Below, piece after piece: positions 24,407-35,180 of a stretch of DNA of 52,072 bases. Made by a program: the position numbers and the translations under genes. Source of the stretch: Cyanophora paradoxa CCMP329 (taxonomy: Eukaryota; Plantae; Glaucophyta); the NCBI GenBank assembly GCA_004431415.1, contig QPMI01000539.1, positions 1 through 52,072 on the forward strand, written 5' to 3'. The notes beneath the pieces were generated by a model. That model saw only the letters and a list, made by a program, of their open reading frames with translations. It was not told the origin of the DNA and did not search any database. Numbering within the stretch: the stretch's first letter is position 1; the number at the start of each line of letters is the position of its first letter.

Positions 24407-25018
24407 TCACGCGCTCGGCGCGGCGCCGTCTCGATCGGGCGGGGAGAGCCAGGCGGGATCGACGAAGCGCGCGCAGAGGGCCCGCGGGAGGGCCGGGTCC
24501 AGCCCCGCGGCGGCCTCGGCGAGCCGCGCCGCGTAGGCCTCGCGACCGGCCTCGTAGAGGCGCCGGTGCGCCGCCGCGAGCGGCACGATCTCGAGGCCCG
24601 GGTCGGCGCGGCAGAGGGGGCACCGGAGCGGCGCGATCGGGAGGAGGCAGCCGAGGCAGAAGACGTGCCCGCACCCGAGGCGCGTCGGGCGGCACGGGAG
24701 CTGGAGGCAGACGGCGCACACGGCGTCGTCGTCGAGCGCGGCGCGCGCGGCGGGGCGCCACAGGTTGCTCGTGCACGTCCAGGCGACGTGGGCGGCGCGG
24801 CCGACCGCCTCGTAGCGCGCCAGGGCGCCGGCGTCGCGGGTCGGGTCGCCCCCGGCGGGCGCCTCGACGATCTCGCTCACGATGCGGCTGGACTTGACGC
24901 CGAGCGCGAGCGGCGCGGCGATCACGCCCCGGGCGGCGTCGTAGGCGTGCCCGTCCAGATACTTCCACCGTCCGAGGTCGTAGGTGCGCTCGGGCGCGGG
25001 CGCAGCGGCAGAGGCCAT
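24407..25018 (-). CDS. C3HC4 RING-finger protein (putative E3 ubiquitin ligase), 203 aa
   Basis: CAVC-x11-CGHVFCLGC-x8-CPLCR canonical RING-HC. Confidence 0.9.
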   Translation of the reverse strand: MASAAAPAPERTYDLGRWKYLDGHAYDAARGVIAAPLALGVKSSRIVSEIVEAPAGGDPTRDAGALARYEAVGRAAHVAWTCTSNLWRPAARAALDDDAVCAVCLQLPCRPTRLGCGHVFCLGCLLPIAPLRCPLCRADPGLEIVPLAAAHRRLYEAGREAYAARLAEAAAGLDPALPRALCARFVDPAWLSPPDRDGAAPSA

Positions 25019-25622
25019 TCCGAGGGTGCTGGCGGGGGGTACGGGGGGGAGCCGGGCCGGTGTGGGGCACCCCTCTACCTCCTAGGAGAATTCCCCGGGG
25101 GGTATTTAGCCGTTTGACCTCCCCCTCCCCCCCCGTACCCCCCCCCTCACCTTGCCCCGCTACCCCCCAATCCCTCCCTTCTCTCCCTCCTTCCCCTCTA
25201 CGCTCTTGCCCCCTTCCCCTCACGCCATCCCCCAGAGGGACGGGATTGGAGGACACGACACCATCACGGGAGGCGACGGCGGCGGCGACGGGAGGGGAGG
25301 CCAGTAGCCCAACCTACTGGGGCTGGCAAGCTAGCTAGATACGAAACCCTCGAACCTTTCGTTCATTTTGCATCGTTTCTAAAACACAGCATGCGACGAT
25401 CCTCAGTAGTATCTAGTCGGAGAGATGTATTGGGCGATGTGAAACTCATTGTAGTTGTACATGTGTTGTGTGCGAATGCAAGAGATTGAAATCTCCCTTG
25501 CCCCGCTCTGCGCTCTTGCCCCCTTCCCCCCCCCCACCCCACCCCACCCCCTCCATCCCCTCCCCTCTCGCCGATTCGGCCCAACGGACCGAATCGAGCG
25601 ACTCGGCGGCCGGCGGCGCTCC

Positions 25623-25632
25623 AACGCATAAA
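25623..25632 (+). promoter_or_regulatory. AACGCATAAA TATA-like motif upstream of the primase-helicase
   Basis: Identical 10-mer also lies upstream of TFIIB and GIY-YIG on their coding strands. Confidence 0.55.
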
Positions 25633-25674
25633 AGAGAGGCGCCATGCGGTCGGGGCGTCAGTCTCGACTGCACG

Positions 25675-28600
25675 ATGAAACGCCCGGCGGACCACGATGC
25701 GTCCGAGGGTCCCACCGGCGACCGAACCGGAGTAGCACCGCCGGCGGTGCCACCGTGCAACGCAGCGGCACAAGTCACGATCAAGCGCGAGGGGGCGGCA
25801 CCGCAGGCGGTGCCGCCGTGCGCCGCCGCGGCGCAGGCCAAGCGCGAGGGGGCGGCACCGCCGGCGGTGCCGCTGCCGCCCAAGGAGGGCGCCGGCGCCG
25901 ATGCAGAGGGCGACCTCGAGATGGAGGACAAGGCGCCGGCGGGCGCGACCGCGCCGCCCTCGGGCGCGCCCCTCCCCGCCCCCGCCGCGAACCAGATCGT
26001 GCGGACCACGGTCCTCGTCAAGAGCAACCCGCGCAAGGGCGCCGCGCGCGACGCGATCTTTGCCGTCCCCTGGCAGCCCGCCGACGTGGAGAGGCTCGAG
26101 TCGCCGGTCGCGCGCCGCGCCGTCGTCCAGATCTCGCCCCAGATCCTCGTCGAGCACGCGGGCGGCGCCCGGCGCACCCTCCGCGCGTTCAACGTCTTTG
26201 ACTTTGACGTCCCCAACATCCGCTTCCCCGAGGCGCTGGAGGGCGGCTCGCTCGGGAGGGAGCAGCTGAAGAACGCCAAGAAAGAGTACCTCGCCGGCGT
26301 GCTGGCGCGGTGCGAGACCCTCGCCCAGTACTGGACCGAGGTCCCCGAGATCCTCGGCGTCGCCCGCCGCGCGCGCGACTTTGCCCGGGCCCTCCAGGCG
26401 CGCGGCGTCGCCGTCCTCGTCGTCTTCTCGGGCCTTAAGGGCTTCCACGTCTACGTGCGCGACGCCGACCTCGTCGCGGCGGTCGAGGGGCCCGGCGCCG
26501 CCGTGTACGCCAAGGAGGACCTCGACCAGTGGTGGGGCATCGTGCGCGCCAAGCTCAAGCGGCTCGAGGAGGACTCGGCGGCGGCGCTGCGCGACCCGTC
26601 GGTCCCGCAGGGGGAGAAGAGCCGCCTCCGCCGCTCCTTCTGGTCCAAGGCCACGCGCGCCGCTGGCCCGCGGCGCGTCCCCGGCATGTACAAGGCGGGA
26701 CGGTGGGAGGGGCGCGAGGCCTTTGAGCGCGTCGTCGTCCCGTTTGCGGAGGAGCGCGGGATCGGGGCGATGGTGGAGCAGCTGGAAAGGGAGGGCGTCC
26801 TGGACCTCGCGCCGTTCCGCGTCAACAGCGGCTGCCGCTCCGACGAGCACCGCCACGGCTGGACCTCCTACTACCCCGTGGCGGTACCCCTGGAGGCCGT
26901 CGACGACGCGGCGATCGCGGCGACGGTCCGCCTGCACGCCACGCGGCCCGACCCGCTCCTCGTCGCGTGGAACAGCGACGAGTGGCGCTGGCTGCGCGAG
27001 CTCGCGCGCGAGATCGCCCCCAAGCACACCCTCCACGTGGCGGCCCCCGCGGACGGCGCCCGCCCTCCGCCGCCCAAGCGCCCGCGCGCCCCCCCGGGCC
27101 CCCGGCCGCCGCCGACGCTCGATCGGGAGGGCGAGAAGGAGGAGGAGGAGGAGGAGGGCGGGAATGCGGAGGACGGGGACGCCGAGGACGAGGCGACGAT
27201 CAGCGAGGGCGTGGTGGAGCGCCTCGGGCTCCTCGCGTGCGGGGCGGGGCGCGGGCGGGGCTGGAGCGCCGCCCCGGCCGCGGCCGCGGCGGCCGCGGCG
27301 GCCCCTCGATCTCCCACTTTGTTTCGCCGCCCGACGCGGACGGGGGCGAGCTCTGCCCCACGGCCGGGACCACGAGCGCGTGGAGACGAGCATGTGGGTG
27401 GCGGAGAGCGGCATCCCCGGCGTCCTCGCCGCGACGGCGCACTGCTACTCGCTCCGCTGCGCCGGCGAGCCGCTCCTGGGCGCCCTCGCGTGGGCCCAGC
27501 CGGGCGCCTTTGGCGGCGCCTCGACCCTCGCCCAGGCCGACGCGGCGCTCCTGGGGCTCCACGCCACCGTCGCCCGCATCGCCGACCGGAGCCTCCAGCT
27601 CGCGGAGAGGCTCGCGCGCGCGGCGGCGGCGGCGGCGGCGGCAGAGGCGCAGGCGGCAGCGGCGGCGGCAGAGGGGAGGGGGCAGGGGGACGGGCCCCCA
27701 GGACGGCGCGCGCGGGGCGGCGCCGGCGCCGGCCGCCCCCGCCCTCCCGCAGCGGCCGGCGGGGGCGCTGCCCCCCGTCCGCGTCGCCTCGCACGTCGAG
27801 GGCCGCTCCTACTTTGTCCGCGTCCCCTGCTGGAGCTGCGGTCACCGCAAGGGGAAGCTCTTCATCGACCAGACGAGCGGGGAGGCCGAGGAGCGCGGTC
27901 AGGTGCGCGTCCGGGCGTGCGGCGCGGCGGCGTGCGGCGGGCGCTGGGCCTGCGGGCCGCTGGAGCTCGGCGAGGACGACGCGACCGAGCTCCGCCTCGC
28001 CGAGGACGAGGTGGACATGTTCTCCCTCCGGCTCTTCCCCGAGCAGGCCAAGTCCATGGGCGCCGGCACCTTTGGCGCGACGGCCCGCAACCCGTACTGG
28101 GCGGAGCTCCCTCAGGGCGCCGTCGACTACCTCGATGCCGTCGTCGCGTGGCTGCGCACGCTCGGCGCCGGCGCGGCGCTCCCCTCCGACGGCGGCCCCG
28201 AGCGGCGCGTCCGGCCCCGCGGCGTCGGGCCCCCGGGCTCCTTTCCCCTCGAGGACGGCGCGACCGGCGGGCCGGCGGCGCGGCTGCGCGCCATGCTGCC
28301 GGACCTCGCGACGTGGCGCGCTGCCCTCCGCCTCCCCGAGCTCTCCCGGCCCCTCGCGATCCCGGCGGACTTTGATCCCGTCGCCCGACGCTGGATCGAC
28401 ATCGACGAGCCGGCGGGCCCGGGGGCCCAGCGCTTCTGCAGCCCGGCCCCCATCCTCGCGCGCCTCGACGGCGGGAGGAAGACGATCTTTGTGCGGGCAG
28501 AGACCGGGAGCGGCAAGACGGAGACGTGCGTGGGGGGCCGCGAGGGCGCGGCGGGGCCGGGCCCCCGGGGGATCCTGCAGGCGGTGCTGGACGACCCGAC

Positions 28601-31600
28601 GCTCGTGGGGCTCCCCAGCGTCCCCGGCGCGCCGCCCCGCGTCCTCTACGTGACGGCGGGGCGAGTTCAGCCCGACATCCTCGTCAAGGACCCCCGCTTC
28701 GCGGCCCTCTCCTACCCCTCGGCGTCGGGCGAGCGCGTGCCGGTCGCCTGGACCGTCTACAAGGAGGCCCGCCCGAGGAGCTCGCCGACGCCTCGTTCGT
28801 CATGTGCACGGTGCAGAGCGGCCGCCGGCTCGAGGGCGACTTTGACGTCGTCATCGTCGACGAGGGGCGCGGGCCCTCACGACCCTCACGACGGGCGGGC
28901 CGTTCAAGGGGCCCGAGCACCACGCGCAGACGGTCGCCTGGTTCGACAGGGCGCTGGAGGCGCCGGCGCTCGTGATCGTCGCCGACGCCGACCTGCTGGA
29001 CGAGGACGCCGCCCTCTACGCCGCGCGCCGCCCGGGGGCGGACGTCATCTCGTACCTCAAGCGCGGCAGCAACGACGCGCGCCTGCGCTGGACGGCCATC
29101 GACATTCGCTACGCCGCCGCCGTGATCGCCGCCAAGCTCCTCGCCGGCGAGGTCGGCTACATCGCCTGCTCGACGCGGCGCGCCCTCTGGGAGATCGAGT
29201 CCATCGTGCGGCGCCACATGCGGCTCTCCGGGCGCCGCTGCGAGTTCCTGTACGCCGACGCGGACCGGCGCGCGAGGCAGACGATGACGGACTCGGACTA
29301 CGTCTGCTCCGCCCTCTGCTACGCTTCCAACTACGCGATGCCCCAGGGCACCGACTTTTCCAGCGGGCCGCCCGCCAACTTTGTCGCCTACATCGAGGAG
29401 GGGCGGACCGCCGACGTCAACGCCGGCTTTCAGCTCGTCCGCCGCCGCCGTCACGTGATCGGGCCCGACGCCTTTTTCTTCTGCCGGTTCCCCCGCAAGG
29501 CCCCCCTCCCCGACCGGCAGGGGCGGCCCCTGCACGCCCCCGTCGACTGGCGGGCGATCTACGGCGAGCTGGTGGACTCGGTGCGCGCGTGGAACGAGCG
29601 GCTCCCCGCGGAGAGGCGCGTGGCGACCGAGGAGCACTACCTCCGCGTGCGGGCCGTCCGCACGGCGCTCCGGAACGCGACGCACGCGTGCCCCATGCTG
29701 GCGTTTCACCTGAAGCTCCGCTCGCTCGGCAACGAGGGCCTCTACGTGTACCCCTGCCCCAGCCCCGAAGAAGCCCAAGGGCGGCGCGCGCGCGGGCCCG
29801 AGCGCGCCGGCGGCGCCGGCGGCGGGGGCCTCCCCTGGATGCCGGAGGGGTACTCGGACTCTGCCGTCCCCTGGCGGCCGAGGTCGAGGCGCGCGAGCGG
29901 CTCCTCCCCATCGTCGCCGCGCCGCGGCTGCTGGGCTACGACTGCGCCAAGGCGATCCGGGGGCCATGGAGTACGGGACGTCCACGGTGGAGGTCTCCGA
30001 CGCGGCGCGGCGCGCCTGGAAGCGCGAAAAGGCCGCCGCGCGCTTCGGGCTGCGGCCCGAGCAGGTGGGCGTCGCCGAGGTCCGCCTCTCGGAGCAGAGC
30101 CCGCCGGCGGAGATCTTCCGCCTCTCCAAGCGGTTCGCCCTCGACACCCTCCCGTACCTCGCCTCGGGGGCGGCCCCCGACGAGGAGAGCGCGACGCTCC
30201 TCCCGGACCACCGCGAGCGGCGCCGCCCCTTTGAGAGCGCCCTGCGGCTCTTTGAGCTGCTCGGCGCGCGCGTCCCGCCCGGCGGCGGCGCGGCGGCGGC
30301 GGCGAGCGACGTCGCGGCCGGCCTCCGTTACCTCTTCTGGGCGACGTGGGAGGGGCCGGAGGACTGCGGCGCGGCGCGCCTGCGCGGGCTCGGCGAGGCG
30401 ATCGAGGAGGGTGGCATCTTTACCGACGGGCCCCTCGGGCGGCTCTTTGCGGACGCCTGCCGCGCGGCGTGGGAGCGGATCGCGATCCCCTACTCGCCGA
30501 TCGCCGCGTACCGCGCCGACGCCCTCCGCTGGCAGTGCGCCGAGCTCTGGCAGCTCGAGTGCCTCCGCCCGGAGAAGCGCAACAAGGGGGCCGCCCCTCC
30601 CCCGATCGGGGACTGCGCGCGGCGCCTCCTGCACGACCTCGTCGTCCACGCCGCGGAGCAGCTGGGCCTCGGCGTGCTCGTCGCGGCGGCCGACGCGCGG
30701 CGCGTGGTGCGGGGCGGCGCGCGCAGGACCGTCAAGCGCACGCGCTACTGCTTCGACCCCGAGACCGTCCTCCTCGGCCTGCGCCTCTACGGGCGCGATC
30801 GGGACGGCCGCGGGGACGTCCCGCCCGACGCGACGCTCGGGGCGCTCCTGGCGGCCGGCGTGCGCTCCCTCCAGATCGCGCTCGTCCAGGATCCAAAGTC
30901 CAAGCTCCGGGCGGCGGGCGCGGGCGGCGGCGGCGGCGAGGGCGGCGAGGGTGGCGCCCCGGGCGCGCCGGCAGAGGCGGGGGCCCGCCCCCGCCCGAGC
31001 GACGCGGCGCAGCGCGTCTTCCGGCTCCTCAAGTCGGGCGTGCACTCGGCGGTCTTCTTCTCGCAGGCGGCGCGCGCGGTCCTCGGCGAGGACGCCGCCC
31101 GCTGCTGGCGCGGGGCCGGCGACGGGGAGGAGGAGGGGGACGGGGCCTCCCGCGCGTCGCCCTACGCAGAGGTCCTGGCGCGCGCCGCCGCCTCCGAGGC
31201 CCCCGAGGCCCTCGCCCCGATCGCGCCGCCCCTCGGCGCCGGCGCCGACCCGACCGTCGCGGCGCTCTGCGCGCGGGACCTGGCGCGCGCCGCCCTCGCG
31301 ATGGACGACGGGGCGGCGCGGGATGGCCTCGGCTTCCCCGCCGCGGAGGAGTCTCCCGCCCTCCCCACCGAGGACGCGACCTGGCTCCTCTGCCGCCTCG
31401 CCGAGGCCGCCGGCGCCCCCGCCCAGCGCGCCTCGGAGTGGTGCCCCATCGTGGAGGGGCGGGAGGGGCCGGACCCCTGCGTCGGGTTTGCGTACACGTC
31501 GATCTTTGCGCGGGACCTCCCCCAGGAGCGCCGCACGCTCCCCTCGTCCGGAATCGACGTGGCGCGCACGGGCTCCGACACCTCGGGCATCAGCCTCTTC

Positions 31601-31786
31601 GTGGACGGCGCGGCGCGGCTCCTGCCCGAGGACCTCGCGCGCCCGCGCGTCGCCCGCGGGCCGCGCTCGTGCGGGGCGAAGATGCTCCTCTTCGTACCCC
31701 GCTCCACCTTTCAGCACTTTGGCGTACCCCTCTTGGCCCTTCCCCCCCGCCCCGCCCCGGCACCTACCCCCGCTCCCCCTGCGTGA
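25675..31786 (+). CDS. ~2000-aa fusion: archaeo-eukaryotic primase (AEP) + Zn fingers + UL9/origin-binding-protein-like SF2 helicase + unknown C-terminus (several apparent sequencing frameshifts)
   Basis: AEP motif I FNVFDFD (~26197), motif II FSGLKGFHVY (~26428), motif III VLDLAPFRVNSGCR. Zn-like CPHGRDH...HCYSLRC and CWSCGH...CGAAAC. Helicase TIFVRAETGSGKT (~28500), RVLYVTAGR, CTVQSGRRL-FDVVIVDE (~28850), VIVADAD, YIACST, NYAMPQGTDF, FQLVRRRR follow the order of herpes UL9 motifs (recalled: VVRAPMGSGKT, YDVLVLDE, QSLGRVR). Several frame breaks are repaired by the sister copy. Confidence 0.85.
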
Positions 31787-31997
31787 ATGCGAAATTCGAT
31801 GCGCGGCCTCGCCGAGTCCTTTGAAAGCGCGCCGCTGCGTTTTTGCTTTCTCCCGACTTGGTTTTTTTTTGCCCGCCGCTCTTTCGCTCGAATCGGGCCC
31901 TCGGCGTCGATAAAAGCCCTCGCCCCGCGCCGCTGCGCTCACTCTCTTCTCCTCCTCTTTCGCAGGTCACGAACATTAACTGGACTCTACGGCGACG

Positions 31998-33809
31998 ATG
32001 GCCACCAACGCAAACCTCGCCACGATGACCGCTGCCGGCGCGCCCCGCCTCGTCGAGAAACCCTTTGTCCACGGCGCCGCGGAGAGCGAGTTCTGCAAAC
32101 GGATGGAATCCCTCCCGGCCGACCTGTCCGAGGCGATCCTGAACTACCTCGGGCGCGAGGACCGCCTCAAGATGCTCACCGTGTGCCAGCAGTCCCGCTC
32201 CTTTGCGATCGGCACCTCGGACGTCTCCAGCGGCTGGTTCGACGCCCTCGCCGTCGACGACGCGCTCGCCCTGCTGCTCGGAGGGCCCGGCGCGTCGCGC
32301 GGCGCCCGCCTCCGTCTCATCGCGGGGCGCGGTCGCGGGGCGGAGATCCCGATCCCGTCGCGCCTCGGCGGCCTCGACGCGACCTTTGCCCTCCCGACAG
32401 AGCCCGGGAGCGAGGGCCGCTGGGTGTGCATCCTCTTCCCCCCGGCGGCGGCGGCGGCGGCGGCCGAGGACCTCGCCCCGCGAGGCGCCATCGTCCGCTA
32501 CGGGCCGGGCGGGTTCGGCGACGCCCTGCAGATCCCGGCCGGGTTCCCCATCCGCGACTTTGCTCGCGGTTCCGTCTCCATTGCCGGCGACGGGACGATC
32601 GTGCTCGGCGGCGAGCGCGGCTGGCTCGTCTGGTCCGCCGACGGCGGCGTCTCGACCGTCGACGTCGGCGCGGCGGTCGCCGGCGTGGTGGCGTGCCGCC
32701 CCTCTCCCGACGCCTCGCGCGTCGCGATCTGCAGCGTCGCCGGCGACGGCGGCTCCGCGGGCGGCCGCGTCCTCGTCCGCTTCGTGGGCTCTGGCGAGTC
32801 TGCAGAGGGCGCCGCCGCGGCGCCCGCGGCCGACGCCGGCCCCCTGCACTCGACAGCGGCGCGCGCGCGGCTCTCCCACGAGCTCGCCGAGGTGGACGGC
32901 TCCGGGGACCCCTCGGCCCTCGGCGACTGGAGCGACGTGCCCCTGCACGAGTGCGACGCGAGCCTGACGTGGAACGCGCGCGGCAACGCCGTGCTGGTGC
33001 GGGTCAAGGTGTTGCGCAGCGGTATGGAGATGGGCGGTGCGGACGAAGTCGACATGATGGAGGACGATTCCAGCGTCGACGAACCCGCCGCCCGCGAGGA
33101 GGCCTTTGTCGAGTTCATCGCATCGGTGCGGCTCTCGGGCGGCGCTGCGCGCCAGGGCTGGTGGATCGTCTGCGGCGCCGAGCCCGCAGAGGCCTTTGCC
33201 GTCGGTCTGGGCGAGAACTGGCTCCTCCACGCGGCTCGGAACGTGGGCAGCATCCGGAGCGCGTCCATGTACATGTACTACCTCGCTGGCAGCGGCGCTG
33301 GTCGCCCCACCATGATCGAGCTGCACATGCCCTGCGAGGGCAAGTCGTACGGCTGCGTCACGCCCGTCGGCGACTGGAACTTCATCTACCAGGCCGCCGG
33401 CCAGTTCGAGTTCGAAGGAACCGGCGTCGATCGCCCCTTTCTCGTCTCCGTGACGCCCTACGCCCGCGACCTGGAGTATTTCGAGGTACCCGTGGCCAGC
33501 GGCCTGCTGGACGCGCGCTCCATCCGCCCGCTGGGAGCCGTCGGACTGCACGGCGTGGCGGCGCTCGCGTTCGGAGAGGACCAGGACGCCCCCGCGCCGT
33601 TCAGCGTCGTCCGGTACATCCAGTGGTCGGAGATCGGGAGGCTGACGGGTCAGGGCGGCCCGTTTGCGGCGTCGATCAGCACCCATCTGCAGCACAACAC
33701 GTTTAAGCCGACCTGCGAGTGGCTGCGCGACCGCTACTGCACCGTCGAAGGCGAACGGCACAACTACACGCTCACGTTCTTCCCCGGCGACTCGCAGCCT
33801 ACCGTATAG
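31998..33809 (+). CDS. F-box protein with beta-strand-rich C-terminus, 603 aa
   Basis: N-terminal ESLPADLSEAILNYLGREDRLKMLTVCQ fits the F-box consensus LPxxxxxxILxYLxxxDxxxxxxVC; intact ORF. Confidence 0.75.
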   Translation: MATNANLATMTAAGAPRLVEKPFVHGAAESEFCKRMESLPADLSEAILNYLGREDRLKMLTVCQQSRSFAIGTSDVSSGWFDALAVDDALALLLGGPGASRGARLRLIAGRGRGAEIPIPSRLGGLDATFALPTEPGSEGRWVCILFPPAAAAAAAEDLAPRGAIVRYGPGGFGDALQIPAGFPIRDFARGSVSIAGDGTIVLGGERGWLVWSADGGVSTVDVGAAVAGVVACRPSPDASRVAICSVAGDGGSAGGRVLVRFVGSGESAEGAAAAPAADAGPLHSTAARARLSHELAEVDGSGDPSALGDWSDVPLHECDASLTWNARGNAVLVRVKVLRSGMEMGGADEVDMMEDDSSVDEPAAREEAFVEFIASVRLSGGAARQGWWIVCGAEPAEAFAVGLGENWLLHAARNVGSIRSASMYMYYLAGSGAGRPTMIELHMPCEGKSYGCVTPVGDWNFIYQAAGQFEFEGTGVDRPFLVSVTPYARDLEYFEVPVASGLLDARSIRPLGAVGLHGVAALAFGEDQDAPAPFSVVRYIQWSEIGRLTGQGGPFAASISTHLQHNTFKPTCEWLRDRYCTVEGERHNYTLTFFPGDSQPTV

Positions 33810-34259
33810 TACGCTGCACGTGTGACCCGCTAGCGCTGAGCGGCGCACCGTGCACTCTCGTGTGCGTTTTTCTCCCGCGCCGCCGATTCTCAGAGTCTTC
33901 TCGTTCGATATCGATACTAGTACTATGATAGCTATATAGTGTCTTCTGTGGTTCACATGTACATGCGATTAATCCAAGTTTGTTTTGCGTGCTCCTTTGC
34001 GCCACGGTGGGCCGGGGGCGCGGGGCCGGGGCGGGCGAGGGCAGATGGACGGCCGCGGGGCCCCAAGTGAGCGGGGCTGGCCATGGGGGGCGGCGGGTGG
34101 GGGGCGAGGGGGTACCCTCTGGCGCACCGAGTTGGTTGAGCGCAGCAATGTAGAGGGGCCCGATTCAAACAAAAGGGTCCTCTGGTCTCCCAAAACGACG
34201 AGCAGGTGCGCGATGCGGCCATTCTTTCACATCGTCAAGAACCGAGAACAAGCTCAAGT

Positions 34260-34829
34260 ATGGCCGCCGCCCAGCCCTGCCAGCACCCTCGTCGCAGCGT
34301 CCTGATCGACATGGGAGAGCTGGTCAGCGACTTTATCCACTACAACTACGACGACGAGGACCGCAACCTCTACGACAGCGACATCGTCGCCCTCGCGACC
34401 AAGGCCAAGGGCGGCAAGGTCCCCGCGCGCGAGACGGACGACGCGCTCCAGACGCTCCGGCCGACCGCGGAGCGCATCCTCCCCATCGTGACGGGCCTGT
34501 TCGCGGCGAGCGCCAAAAAGTATTCGGAGGGTCTCGTCCAACTCGAGAACGTGCTCGGGCGCGCCTTTGCGGACCGCGTCGACGCGATCTTGGCCCCGCG
34601 CGCACGCGCCGCCCAGGGCCCGCTGGCCACCTCCTCCGATCTAGATCTGGCGTACGTCGTCTTTCCCGTGGAGCTCTGGTTCGAGCTGCTGTCGTGCCAG
34701 GGAGTCGACATTTTGCACCTGGACCTGTACGAGCGCGTCGTCCTCGGGATGGTCCCCCTTTTCCTCACGATGCTCCGCACCGGCAAGATTCGCGCCGCCG
34801 CCGGCAATGTTCTGTCGGCGATCTCGTGA
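34260..34829 (+). CDS. Hypothetical protein (189 aa, helical)
   Basis: Intact ORF with protein-like composition (MAAAQPCQHPRRSVLIDMGELVSDF...); no family recognised. Confidence 0.7.
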   Translation: MAAAQPCQHPRRSVLIDMGELVSDFIHYNYDDEDRNLYDSDIVALATKAKGGKVPARETDDALQTLRPTAERILPIVTGLFAASAKKYSEGLVQLENVLGRAFADRVDAILAPRARAAQGPLATSSDLDLAYVVFPVELWFELLSCQGVDILHLDLYERVVLGMVPLFLTMLRTGKIRAAAGNVLSAIS

Positions 34830-35180
34830 GCAGAGAGTATATTGTGCCGAGCGCATCAAAAGTGCGTGGAGTTTTTTGTGCACGTGTACATGTGCGGTGT
34901 GGGACTGAGAATCGAACCGAGACGCGCGCACGCGCGCGTGCTCTCGTTTCCGGCTTTACGCATAACCGTGGGAGCCAGCTCGAGCTAGTGGACGTACAGG
35001 CTCAATGCACGCGGGGCTCTCGAGTGGGGTCGCTGCAGTTTGGCGCGCGCGGCGCCGGCGCCGGCCCCAGAGCGCGCGTGAGGGCATTTTCGTGATCAAG
35101 AATGTTTTTTTTCTCTTTCAAACAATCGACATGCGGTTGCGAGGTGCCTGGGGGATTTTCGAACCCTGCCGCCGTCGCCT

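Noticed and set aside
26967-31913. 1648-aa ORF and other long Arg/Pro/Gly-rich ORFs
   Set aside because: Shadow frames of very high-GC coding DNA; only short stretches coincide with the true primase-helicase frame.
33900-33970. Hairpin terminator from stacked short palindromes (tcgatatcga, tactagta, atagctat)
   Set aside because: Only 8-10 bp palindromes; similar clusters also occur in the transposon and near SKP1-like, so they are probably general intergenic composition.
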